DNA from: Laetmonice hystrix
Taxonomy: Eukaryota
Direction of reading: 5' to 3'
DNA: 64,000 bases
NCBI GenBank assembly: GCA_965235115.1
Contig: OZ249450.1
Coordinates: 4,836,001 to 4,900,000, forward strand
Made by a program: the position numbers and the translations under genes. The notes beneath the pieces are model-generated. The model searched no databases. It was not told the DNA's origin and worked only from the letters and a program-made list of their open reading frames with translations. Numbering within the stretch: the first letter of the stretch is position 1; every line of letters starts with the position of its first letter. This document shows, in pieces, positions 24,436 to 36,887 of this stretch.

Positions 24436-25304
24436 CTGGTAGGTGCTGCAGGGGCCCAGATGACCCTGGTAGATGCTGCAGGGGCCCAGGTGACCCTGGT
24501 AGATGCTGCAGGGGCCCAGATGACCCTGGTAGATGCTGCAGGGGCCCAAATGACCCTGGTAGATGCTGCAGGGGCCCAGATGACCCTGGTAGATGCTGCA
24601 GGGGCCCAGATGACCCTGGTAGATGCTGCAGGGGCCCAGATGACCCTGGTAGATGCTACAGGGGCCCAGATGACCCTGGTGTATGCTGCAGGGGCCCAGA
24701 TGACCCTGGTGGAGGCTGCAGGGGCCCAGATGACCATGGTGGATGCTGTAGGGGCCCAGATGACCCTGGTAGATGTTGCAGGGGCCCAGCTGACCCTGGT
24801 AGGTGCTGCAGGGGCCCAGATGACCCTGGTAGGTGCTGCAGGGGCCCAGATGACCCTGGTAGGTGCTGCAGAGGCCCAGATGACCCTGGTAGGTGCTGCA
24901 GGGGCCCAGCTGACCCTGGTAGGTGCTGCAGGGGCCCAGCTGACCCTGGTAGGTGCTGCAGGGGCCCAGATGACTCTGGTAGATGCTGCAGGGGCCCAGA
25001 TGACGCTGGTAGATGCTGCAGGGGCCCAGTTGATCCTGGTAGATGCTGCAGGGGCCCAGATGACCCTGGTAGATGCTGCAGGGGCCCAGCTGACCCTGGT
25101 AGATGCTGCAGGGGCCCAGATGACCCTGGTAGATGCTGCAGGGGCCCAGATGACTCTGGTAGATGCTGCAGGGGCCCGGATGACCCTGGTAGATGTTGCA
25201 GGGGCCCGGGTGACCCTGGTAGATGTTGCAGGGGCCCAGATGATCCTGGTAGATGTTGCAGGGGCCCAGATGACCCTGGTAGATGCTGCAGGGGCCCAGA
25301 TGAC
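24436..25304. repeat. Minisatellite, 30-bp unit GGGGCCCAGATGACCCTGGTAGATGCTGCA (about 29 copies)
   Basis: Direct inspection; long ORFs on both strands. Confidence 0.97.
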
Positions 25305-25652
25305 ACTGCCCTCATCTGCCGCACCATGGGGCCACGTGATGGTGATGGTCCTCCGTTTGTCAAAGACATGTGTCTCTGGCCGGGGTGTTGGACCTTGGGT
25401 CCCCGGAGTGCCCGTCTCCATCACCCTGCCAGAACCTACCCTACACCAGGGTGGACAATGTCTGCTCACACTGTGGGCTAACAGGTCGCCCCTAGTCCTG
25501 TCAAACATGTCTCTTGTTCTGTTACTGTTAGATAAACACGCCGCAGGCTCCTTCCCCGGTACCTCTGGCTGGCTGCCATCCTATGGATCTAAGGAAAAGG
25601 CTGTCGCAGAAAACCACGGAGAAACTATAACTGATCACCACTCGTATATTCA

Positions 25653-28200
25653 GTGTCCTGGCCCTCAGCCTCCCCAGCCTCCAGCTCCACTGGTCTAGCC
25701 CTCAACATGCCCAGCCTCCAGCTCCACTGATCTGGCCCTCAGCCTGCCCAACCTCTGGCTCCACCATCTCCACTGGTCTGGCCCTCAGCCTGCCTCTGGC
25801 TCCATCATCTCCACTGTCCTGGCCCTCAGCCTGCCCAACCTCTGGCTCGATCATCTCCACTGGCCTGGCCCTCAGCCTGCCCAACCTCTGGCTCCATCAT
25901 CTCCACTGGCCTGGCCCTCAGCCTGCCCAACCTCTGGCTCCACCATCTCCACTGGCCTGGCCCGCAGCCTGCCCAACCTCTGGCTCCACCATCTCCACTG
26001 GCCTGGCCCTCAGCCTGCCCAACCTCTGGCTCCATCATCTCCACTGGCCTGGCCCTCAGCCTGCCCAACCTCTGGCTCCACCATCTCCACTGGCCTGGCC
26101 CGCAGCCTGCCCAACCTCTGGCTCCACCATCTCCACTGGCCTGGCCTGCAGCCTGCCCAACCTCTGGCTCCACCATCTCCACTGGCCTGGCCCTCAGCCT
26201 GCCCAACCTCTGGCTCCACCATCTCCACTGTCCTGGCCCTCAGCCTGCCCAACCTCTGGCTCCATCATCTCCACTGGCCTGGCCCTCAGCCTGCCCAACC
26301 TCTGGCTCCATCATCTCCACTGGCCTGGCCCTCAGCCTGCCCAACCTCTGGCTCCACCATCTCCACTGGCCTGGCCCGCAGCCTGCCCAACCTCTGGCTC
26401 CACCATCTCCACTGGCCTGGCCCTCAACCTGCCCAAACTCTGGCTCCACCATCTCCACTGGCCTGGCCCTCAGCCTGCCCAACCTCTGGCTCCACCATCT
26501 CCACTGTCCTGGCCCTCAGCCTGCCCAACCTCTGGCTCCATCATCTCCACTGGCCTGGCCCTCAGCCTGCCCAACCTCTGGCTCCATCATCTCCACTGGC
26601 CTGGCCCTCAGCCTGCCCAACCTCTGGCTCCACCATCTCCACTGGCCTGGCCCGCAGCCTGCCCAACCTCTGGCTCCACCATCTCCACTGGCCTGGCCCT
26701 CAACCTGCCCAAACTCTGGCTCCACCATCTCCATGGCTTGGCCCTCAGCCTGCCCAACCTCTGGCTCCACCATCTCCACTGGCCTGGCCCTCAGCCTGCC
26801 CAACCTCTGGCTCCACCATCTCCACTGGCCTGGCCCTCAACCTGCCCAAACTCTGGCTCCACCATCTCCACTGGCCTGGCCCTCAGCCTGCCCAACCTCT
26901 GGCTCCACCATCTCCACTGGCCTGGCCCTCAGCCTGCCCAACCTCTGGCTCCACCATCTCCACTGGCCTGGCCCTCAGCCTGCCCAACCTCTGGCTCCAC
27001 CATCTCCACTGGCCTGGCCCTCAACCTGCCCAACCTCTGGCTCCACCATCTCCACTGGCCTGGCCATCAGCCTGCCCAACCTCTGGCTTCACCATCTCCA
27101 CTGGCCTGGCCCTCAGTCTGCACAACCTCTGGCTCCACCATCTCCACTGGCCTGGCCATCAGCCTGCCCAACCTCTGGCTCCATCATCTCCACTGGTCTG
27201 GCCCTCAACCTGCCCCACCTCTGGCTCCATCATCTCCACTGGCCGCTCCATCATCTCCACTGGTCTGGCCCTCAACCTGCCCCACCTCTGGCTCCACCAT
27301 CTCCACTGGCCTGGCCCTCAGCCTGCCCAACCTCTGGCTCCACCATCTCCACTGGCCTGGCCCTCAACCTGCCCAATCTCTGGCTCCACCATCTCCACTG
27401 GCCTGGCCCTCTGCCTGCCCAACCTCTGGCTCCATCATCTCCACTGGCCTGGCCCTCAGCCTGCCCAACCTCTGGCTTCACCATCTCCACTGGCCTGGCC
27501 ATCAGCCTGCCCAAACTCTGGCTCCACCATCTCCAGTGGCCTGGCCCTCATCCTGCACAACCTCTGGCTCCACCATCTCCACTGGCCTGGCCATCAGCCT
27601 GCCCAACCTCTGGCTCCATCATCTCCACTGGTCTGGCCCTCAACCTGCCCCACCTCTGGCTCCATCATCTCCACTGGCCGCTCCATCATCTCCACTGGTC
27701 TGGCCCTCAACCTGCCCCACCTCTGGCTCCACCATCTCCACTGGCCTGGCCCTCAGCCTGCCCAACCTCTGGCTCCACCATCTCCACTGGCCTGGCCCTC
27801 AGCCTGCCCAACCTCTGGCTCCACCATCTCCACTGGCCTGGCCCTCAACCTGCCCAATCTCTGGCTCCACCATCTCCACTGGCCTGGCCCTCAGCCTGTC
27901 CAACCTCTGGCTCCACCATCTCCACTGGCCTGGCCATCAGCCTGCCCAACCTCTGGCTCCACCATCTCCACTGGCCTGGCCCTCAGCCTGCCCAACCTCT
28001 GGCTCCACCATGCCACTGGCCTGGCCCTCAACCTGCCCAACCTCTGGCTCCACCATGCCACTGGCCTGGCCCTCAACCTGCCCAACCTCTGGCTCCACCA
28101 TGCCACTGGCCTGGCCCTCAACCTTCCCAACCTCTGGCTCCACCATGCCACTGGCCTGGCCCTCAACCTGCCCAAACCACCATCTCCAATGGCCTGGCCC
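25653..28200. repeat. 46-bp C-rich minisatellite, array 2 (about 55 copies) with a 435-bp internal duplication
   Basis: Same unit and orientation as 22536-23354; variant GGCCGCTCCATC at 27241 and 27676. Confidence 0.97.
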
Positions 28201-29624
28201 CGAGACTGCTGAGAAGTGAGACCAGAGCTGCACATAGCATAATCACTTGACTGCCAACCACCTCTGTCCCTGGAGTTGTACTCGATGTGTCTATGAACCT
28301 GAGACCCAGTGAAATGTATTGCCAAATTATTCCTCTCATCGCATCGTTCCCACTACACCTATCGCTACTGGGCAATATATTATGAAACTCTACCAAGGAG
28401 ACATATCAAACTTTTGATAGCTTTTTTTAATCCCAAATCACGCCTTCCCTTTTAGATCACCAACACACCGGAAGCTTCTCCTGGATTACCATGATGCGCC
28501 ACGTTCCCGAAATCTGACTTGGGACCATTTGGCACATGTCGTAAACAATTGACTGCATTGTTTTCCATCAGATGGTGGGTGTATTATGGGCTCACTCCTG
28601 CAGCTCACAATATCTACACGTGGAGAACATCGGGTGATGTCCTTACTGCTGTCTTTCTGACATCAGCTGATGTGGGCGCTGTATATACCACCACAACCTC
28701 CGGCAGCCGTCGCTAGCTTACAAAGGGGGGGGGGGTGTTCAAGTTGTCAGCTAAATAAAGATCTGGGTGAATTATCGGGTAAATTCCCAAAAGGCAAGAT
28801 CCCCACGAAAAATTTATATCTATCAGTATTATTAGCCCTGAAATCAACCCTAGCCCTGACCTCCTGGTTTCTAGACCCCCCTTAAAACTTACCCTATCTC
28901 TAGCCAATTTGTGGTTAGCCTGATGTGTAGTGACCTTCGAGGAGCTACACTTCTATAGGCAATCCGTCCACAGAGCTCTCTGGGACAGTCAAACCATTTT
29001 TTTATATGAGAGGGTTTGAATTAGCAGATCAAGAGGCTAGATGACCGGAATCATTCTGTGACACTATCAAATCACTGCTCGTATCGCCACTCCTGACTCA
29101 TGCGTTCAATTTATTACATTAGGCTTCACAAAGAAGATAAACTTGGACACTTTAACTTAAAATCTCATAAAACACAAAATTTGATCCTGTCCCATTGACT
29201 CCTCACTATGAACGATGATGATCTGATTATTACACTGACAGCATGGTGGATTACCAGGCTAGTCTATTGAAGTCCTTTTCACAGGGTTTTCTTTAGTCAC
29301 GGCCAATAACTACATATAAATGTAGCTACAATTCACTTTTTATGACACGATGTTGACAATTTATCACGTTTTATTACCCGTGAGCCCCAGACGGCCCCGT
29401 TCAACCATTTATACTTGGCAAAGTCAAGGATCCATAAAAGCTAAAAACAGTCGGCTAAGTGTCTGGCGTATTTGCTTATCAAATCCTCAAGCATTTTTGT
29501 GAATTTAGCAGTAATTGATATTATGATATACGTTTGCTAAGAACTCGCGGTCAAAGTCTTGGTGAAGGCGGCAAACTTTATCATTGATTCTGCTAAGGTC
29601 AGAGACGACAGATGCTGATGGTGT

Positions 29625-29907
29625 GCATGGAAAACTATGGCAGCCTACCAAGGATTCCCATACAAATCTGACAAGCAAATTTCATAAATTTTCCATGACA
29701 AAAATAAGATTTTCCATATCTTTGTTTCTACAAGCATGGCAGACAAAGTCGAAAAAACACTTTAACCACAGATTATAACTTCCTTGCAATATGAAGATTT
29801 CCTCTGAAAATTAGATTTTCCATGATTTCTTGAAAAAAGGACAAAAATCCATCACTTTTCCATGCTGGTTTCAAAATGCAAGAGTTTCCATGTTTATGGT
29901 AACCCTG
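29625..29907. mobile_element. Truncated hAT-like MITE (one terminus)
   Basis: Ends ATGGTAACCCTG (reverse complement CAGGGTTACCAT) with several subterminal TTTCCAT motifs; other end not found. Confidence 0.45.
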
Positions 29908-30083
29908 CTATCCTCGGTACCCGGTAACAACCAAATACACGTCAGCATTAAGAAGAACCGTCTAACAGGTTAGCAATTAAGGAAACTTCCGTCCCCGTCA
30001 GTTCTCAAACCCTTCCTGACTTGGTACCATCTTTTCAGTTTTGGGGTTCCTTAAGAAGCGTCCAAGAGGACGCTGAAACATAA

Positions 30084-30259
30084 GGGCCCATTTCCACCAA
30101 GCTTTTGTTTCGGCGTCAGCGTCGGCGTTTGAATCACTCCTACTTTGAGCGTTTCCACCGCGTTTTCGCGTCAGCGTCAAATAATGGCTCAAAGGAGAAG
30201 TGATTCAAACGCCGATGCTGACGCTGTCGCCGACAGAAAAGCTTGTTAGAAACCGGGCC
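30084..30259. mobile_element. PIF/Harbinger-type MITE (176 bp)
   Basis: TAA TSD on both sides; long imperfect TIRs (AAGCTTTT..TCAGCGTCGGCGTTTGAATCACT versus its inverse). Confidence 0.8.
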
Positions 30260-31348
30260 TAAAACGAACGTTTAGTCACACGGCGTCACAATCGGTCCGT
30301 CCGGCGACGTCAGAATGGAGTATGTCGTATTAAAGCGCTCTGTCGTATTAAAGCGCTCCGTTAACAAAGTATTGCTCCCAGGTCGGTTCTCAGCGTCCAT
30401 ACTCGCTCCAATTAAAGGAGTTCAGTGTTTATGTTGACGGCTGAGTGCTTCAACTGTTCATGACAGGTTTGTCGGAACCAACCTGATGTCCCCGCATGCC
30501 ATTTCAACATTACACTCAGTACAACAAACATTCACGCTACATGAACTACATTTCTTACGTTGTTGCTTTTTTTTCTTGTGTCAAAGGGCGACGTAAAGTG
30601 AATTCCTATAACAGTTTTCTTTCGAGTAATTCTCTTCAATACGACGGTTCTCACGTATCTGTTTAAATCCAGTTCGTACATTTTATCTTTGATGTTTTTA
30701 CAAATTCTTAAGTTCATTAACCTAAGAAAAAGATGATAGAAAAAGATTTAAAAAAAAAGAAAAGGGGAGAGAAAAAGACTGTCACACCTGGCCCGAATCC
30801 GTAAAGACGGTGAAATGACTGAGGATACCCTGGATACAAAAAGCACTGACTTGGCGTTTGGCTCTCCTCCAACACTTGAAGCCCGTCACGCAGAGCAGAC
30901 ACAGATATCACATACCTCCCCCCTCTCTCTCTACCTGGGACCCTGGAAATCTGGGTTCACCACGCCACCTTAAGACCTAAGTAACCAATTTCACAAATAA
31001 GTGTTTAGATGAGGCTATTCTAAATTCGATCCCTGAAAAAAATCCGACTTGGAATTTTCTCACTGAGCTGCCCGATTTGAGCGCTGAGCTAAGAGGTGTG
31101 TCTGAGGTTCATATAGTCCATAAAGGCGGCTCAGTGAGCACTTGTCACAACTGGGCAAATATTTCCTCAGACTTCATATGGAAGCACTTAGTCCAGATAT
31201 GTTCTGCTGCTGTTCTCGAGGACATGGCCGACTAGCTGTGAATATGAACAAATTTCTTGCATTGTATAGGCAAGGGGGTTTGGATGTTGTAAACTTTAAC
31301 AATGATGTATTGAGAAGATTATAGTGATAGAGTCATCATTTCTTTACC

Positions 31349-31588
31349 CAGTGGCGGATCCGGGGGGCACCTGGCCCGCCCCTCCCTTTTCCAAAGTCGT
31401 GCCTATTTTCTATGCTTCATGCTTAAAAATAATGGAATTTCGTCAAAGAATTTGGGATAAATTTCTACTCTACATGTTCAGAAAACATGTTGCTGAAAAA
31501 ACGAATTCTAGGGGAGGGCCCCCCGACCCCCTCGACAATGGGCCACTAATTATCCAACAAAAGTTGCCCCCCCCCTTTTCCGCCACTG
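31349..31588. mobile_element. MITE with CAGTGGCGGA...TCCGCCACTG termini
   Basis: Perfect 10-bp TIR and G/C-run interior; a related end (GGATTCGCCACTG) lies near 11251-11264. Confidence 0.7.
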
Positions 31589-33124
31589 TAGCCATCCCTC
31601 CACAGTTCCAAATCTGTCCTGTCGTAGGTGTCTGCAATGTAGGAAACCTCTAGTAATCCTTATATTTAGTTTAAGAAGATATTTGAAGAACACAATAGCA
31701 TTTCCCGTTCGATTTTAATACCTAGGTGATAAATGTTCTCCAGAATTGATAAATCGACCCTGAAGCAATGTCTCCAATTGCTTTCCTGTGATTAAGCCGT
31801 AATCGTTTTATTCTGCACGGATTAACCTTTCAGATACCCACTCCATTTATCTAACTATTACTTTGGCTGAGAGAAAAAAACACACACCTTTTTCCCCTTG
31901 AGATCAGTGGATCAAGGAAAAGCCTGTCACATCAAAGAATGGCATTTAATTGCACTAATTAGCCTTGCAACTCAACGGGATCAACTTCAAAGCGTTAGTG
32001 TCACCTTGTTGATTGATACCACGTCGATGGTGAGCCCTGTCTGAGATACAAAATCAGTGGTTTGGCCAGAACAAGCAGTTGCCCTATCAGAATGACTGAT
32101 TAATTCTAACACAGCTCCTCCTTCATTATCCTCAATCAGAGTGTCATAATGTTGGCGGAAAACATTTATCACTGTCGGCCTGGGAAAGCTGTGCGTCTGC
32201 TTGGTAAGGAGTCACAAAGGTTCGCCTGAAATCATCTTCTAAAGATTGTAAACCCTACACTACAATAGAGTTTCAACAACAAAAAAGTTTCAAATTACAG
32301 CTGTAAGCTAATTTACATCCAATGTTTAATGAATGATTTAGATACATGTATCTAATTGGCGTGTTGTCTAATGGTGTCGTCATGTCTTTTAATTAGAATT
32401 CGAGGTGTATCTTTTATAAGGGAGTTCTGTATACGATCAAATCTCACGAATTTGCTTCGAATGACTTAGCTTTAGATTCATAATATAAATAAATAAATAT
32501 TGAATGCGTTTACTTTTATGCATGGCATATCATGAAGTTCTTAAAAGGGCATTTTCATTGAAAGATTTTGAGCTGCTATATCTTACTGGCACATTAATAT
32601 AAAAAGGAATTGGGGACAAATGGACCAAATCAGGAATTATTCCCGTGCTCTGAATACAGATCTAACTGATTCTCAGCATTAATTTACTGACAGAAATCTT
32701 TTTAGAGATTTTTTTCTTCTACTAACCTCGCAAGAACTCTCAACCGGCATATAATCTGTCACACTTAAATAATGTTATAAAACTCCACCTGTATCATGAT
32801 GGCAGGACATATGAAAACGCTACTTCAATCATGTGAAATTATTATGTACGGGAATCTTAACAATATTCATTGTTTTCTCGAAGTTTTCACCTTTTGAGTG
32901 GAGTCGGCAGACTTTGATGTAGTTTTTTGGGGAAAATATATATTTTTATAGGGGAAGTAACTGATTTTTTTTTTTTTTTTTTTTTTTTTTGGGGGGGGGG
33001 GGAGGGTCTCTTCCTAAAATGGTGTCGTAGGAAACCCTGAAACCGTATTTTTTAAAATCAGTATTCAATCGATTTAAAAGAGGATGGGGAGTTATCTAAC
33101 TTATGATGCAGTCTTGAGGCTCAC

Positions 33125-33511
33125 CTCTGTCTAAAGGCTATGAGTACTGCCGCGGTGGTTCCCTGTAGACGCTGCAGACTTGGAGACAAACGCTGAAGTC
33201 AGAGTGAACGCCGCTGCCAGTAAAGCTGTCTGTCATGCTCTCCGTGACCGCTAGGTCGCGCCACCATCTGCCGCACGTCCTGACTACAATCACTGACGTC
33301 AATACTGATCTACTGGTACGTCCGTAATCCCTTCACATTCCGTCTGGCTGATTATAATCCATCACACCCCTCCACCTCATAATCCAACCAATGCGGCGGC
33401 TTCACTCAGCTTTTTCTTGGACGCCGGCGTTTCCTCTGCACCCAGTGACCCTGACTGGAGCAGTTCAATCTTGTTTTCTTCAAGTGTCCCACTCTTACGT
33501 CATGGTGAACA
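33125..33511 (-). other. Candidate non-coding (5'-UTR) exon of Sulf, 387 nt
   Basis: Minus strand acceptor TTCCTCCGTTTCGTCTATTTTAG| at 33512/33511, donor GAG|GTGAGC at 33125/33124; CpG-rich; no long ORF. Confidence 0.35.
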
Positions 33512-34147
33512 CTAAAATAGACGAAACGGAGGAATTGTGTTAAATTATGTCGTGGTGGTGCGACGTTTTAACGAGTTCAATAGAATTGACCAGGGTGACA
33601 AAAATTCTTAAAGACAGTGTCCTGTTATATGGACTCCTGGGCAATTAAAATATTTTCATTAACAAATACCTTGATAAAAGGACTGCCCTCCCCCCAGTCT
33701 AAATAATCACCTCATTTTATTAACTTAATTATAATTGTCGTACCAGTTCTAATAAGCCTCCATATTTATGCACGTTTTAAATACATAGCTACATATATAC
33801 TATCTCCATTATTTAACCTTCACTGGGGAGAAAGACACTCACAAGCTGTGTCTGAACCAGGGATTTTCTGTGAATTTTCAACACGGACATCCGTTTAGAA
33901 TGTGGGTCAGGTTGGTGGAGGAAGTTAATTAGGTCAGTTCTCACACACACGGCTCCCGCAAACATCGTTCCCTGGTAATCCTTGTGACCAGAATGAAAGC
34001 TGAAGGTTAAATAATTCTCAGGCCATCCTGTACCCGGCGAACTGGGGCCGGAGGAGGGTGGGGGTGGGGTGGGTGGGGGGGGGGGGGTATTGGATCCTCC
34101 CAGTGTTTGCATGTTAACATATACAACTGTACACGAAATTTTCTGGT

Positions 34148-34258
34148 TAAAACCTGTCCCTAATCCTAACCTTAAACCTAATCCGAACCCCTAACCACGG
34201 TCCATAACCCCTAAAACCTGTCCCTAATCCTAACCTCAAACCTAATCCGAACCCCTAT
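34148..34258. repeat. 64-bp tandem duplication of degenerate CCTAA(C/T)-rich sequence
   Basis: TAAAACCTGTCCCTAATCCTAACCT.AAACCTAATCCGAACCCCT at 34148 and 34212. Confidence 0.85.
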
Positions 34259-34741
34259 CCCGACCGAGGACCGGGATATCCTCCTCCTGGACTCCTTCCA
34301 GTGAAAGGGTCGACCTTAGAATCGATAGAGAATATATCGTCTAAATATTCTCATACACACTGGGATCTAGAAGAACTGACGGAGAGAAACAAAACGTAAG
34401 CAAAAATTACTCAAAACACCTGCTGCGATAATAGATGCTGACAAATCAATATCTATGATCCTCACTCCTGTATGGCAACAAGAAATCAACTGCTCCTTTT
34501 ACACAAGATTTATGCGACACCGTGTTTTTGGCATCTGAATACGCGACATGTGGGAGCAATATGAAGAGTGAGCTTTGAAAGGGAAAACCTGCGCTGGCCA
34601 TCACCGACTTGCTTTAGTAATCTCAGTATTAATTGGTCACCGCAGACATCCTTCACCATCCTCATCCCTGCTATCAGAATCCAGGGTGAGCCATAACTCA
34701 ACATCTTTACGTCTTCACGGCACACAATCTGTCAGTGTATT

Positions 34742-34801
34742 CACATGACGTACATATGACGTACACATGACGTACACATGACGTACACATGACGTACACA
34801 T
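34742..34801. repeat. 11-bp repeat TACACATGACG (about 5 copies)
   Basis: Direct inspection. Confidence 0.9.
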
Positions 34802-35215
34802 TACTTCGCGAAAAAATACCAATCCGATTATAGCAAATAACTGCAGCACTAACTCGCTGTCCCTTGTCAGAGTGGTTGTGATGTGTTTCTAAAGATCAAA
34901 CTCTATTCGTTCCACGCGAAATGATCGTATTCGTGTATAAATCTTCAGTCCTTTCAAGACGTTCATTTGGAACGCTGGACCCCAGGAAAACAGCCAAAAT
35001 GTTATCTTATTCAAGTTGTGGGGATCAAGACACAGAGTGGCCTAACTCAGAAAACGGAGCATCACCCTCATCAGACACCCTCATCAGGCACCCTCATCAG
35101 GGGGGCGATTATTAGGTCCCCGTTAGCCCTCCTCTCGCAAGAGTAAAGTCAGAAATGGCGGACCTTTGGGCTGGATGTTGCAGTTTTCCAGGCCATGTGG
35201 TACACTGTGGAAGGC

Positions 35216-35394
35216 CACGTGGGCAGGTTAACAAACCCATTGTTACATAACAAAGCCAACTGTACCACGTGGTCTTGTTAACAACCCCACGTGATGACGT
35301 CAATATGACAATAGTCGGACAATGACTGGTCCCTTCCAAGTCTCTACTATTGTCAAAGGCAGCAGCCAATAGGAACCCGTCAAGACATCACGTG
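35216..35394. promoter_or_regulatory. Candidate promoter/enhancer: four CACGTG E-boxes, a CRE and a CCAAT box
   Basis: CACGTG at 35216, 35266, 35288, 35389; TGACGTCA at 35295; CCAAT at 35366. Confidence 0.45.
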
Positions 35395-36611
35395 ATCGCT
35401 AACGGCCTCACAATGCTTCGTTTTATCCCTGTAATTTGCCGCCAAGATCACAGAAGGAGCCGCTAGCCTGGACCACTACCAATTTCTGGTCCTTTTTTTT
35501 GTTATCTAGAATGCGCTGCTGATTCGTCCGAGTCCATATTGTGCGTGGTCAGTGAAGAAAGCGATTCGCCACATCCACCGCAAAGGTTCACAGACCTGGA
35601 AGAAACCGGCTACTGCAGCGCCACCTGGAAGACGTTGGAAGATTCCGTGATAACTGCTACTTTGTTGGGCGACGAACCAGGACTCTCTGTCTGCGGCTTC
35701 AATCATAATGTCTGCTCAGACTCAGTGCCAAATATCTCTGGGGATCCTCCAATGTTCCACACGTCCCTTGTACACACTCTGGCACATGAATTAAATAAGT
35801 GCATTTCGTCATAGGAGTTCCCGATTTTAAAAAAAGTTCAAATTTATGCGGGCTCAATTTGGCTTGGAAAACACCCGAAGGTAAAACCAACAGCATTTCT
35901 TTTATCACTTTTAACGAGCCCCATTATGTTTTTCCCCCTTCCAGAGATATTTGTCTAGATGCCAAGAAACAGAATAATAAATACTCCAACCATAAGACCT
36001 GTAAGGGTATGAGGTCAATAAAACGGTGAAGAGAATAATGTTTGTTATGATCTTAACGGTAAACCATACACTCTTTAATGATTCAGGCCAAGACGGGAGG
36101 ATGTTTTTCACGTCAGTAAGTAGATCCGTGCGTGCTTGTTTTAAAAACGTTGCCCTTGTTCTCAGTCTAAGGAGCCACAGGGACAATGGCGGTGGTAGGT
36201 CGCGCTCGCGATAAAACAGGACTGTTTTTACATTGCTACTGCATGAAATGTGACTGAACTAATTGTGCCATAAGAATTTAAGAAAAAAACTCAATAAACT
36301 CCACAGTACCGTAACATAAGGCTAATTCAAAGATGCCATGTGATAGAACGGGGCACTGACGACTTATTGCCATCTCATAAAGAAGGGACACTTTGTAAAA
36401 GGGCCTTTAAAAATATAACACACGAGGAACTAATTCAGTGAATATCAATGTCTGCTTCTGACTCTGAACAGGTCAAGGGCATGAACATTCCACATTAATC
36501 TCGACTGAAGCTCACTGTGACCTCATAATTATGTGTATCAAGTATCTCAGAGGACAGATACATGAATGAAATACATTTTAAATAGATTCTGCATTAAAGT
36601 ATTCCTTTACA

Positions 36612-36887
36612 NNNNNNNNNNNNNNNNNNNNNNNNNNNNNNNNNNNNNNNNNNNNNNNNNNNNNNNNNNNNNNNNNNNNNNNNNNNNNNNNNNNNNNNNN
36701 NNNNNNNNNNNNNNNNNNNNNNNNNNNNNNNNNNNNNNNNNNNNNNNNNNNNNNNNNNNNNNNNNNNNNNNNNNNNNNNNNNNNNNNNNNNNNNNNNNNN
36801 NNNNNNNNNNNNNNNNNNNNNNNNNNNNNNNNNNNNNNNNNNNNNNNNNNNNNNNNNNNNNNNNNNNNNNNNNNNNNNNNNNNNNNG
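36612..36887. other. Assembly gap (276 N) followed by a GA-rich microsatellite
   Basis: N run; GAGA/GACA repeat at 36888-36929. Confidence 0.99.

Noticed and set aside
24348-28325. Mucin- or antifreeze-like repetitive ORFs (TLVDAAGAQM, RVIWAPAAST, PSACPTSGSTIS; 386-505 aa)
   Set aside because: They arise from 30- and 46-bp tandem repeats and are open on both strands; I found no supporting splice or start context.
34148-34258. Interstitial telomere
   Set aside because: Degenerate CCTAA motifs within a 64-bp duplication, not a (TTAGGG)n tract; such motifs are common inside MITEs.
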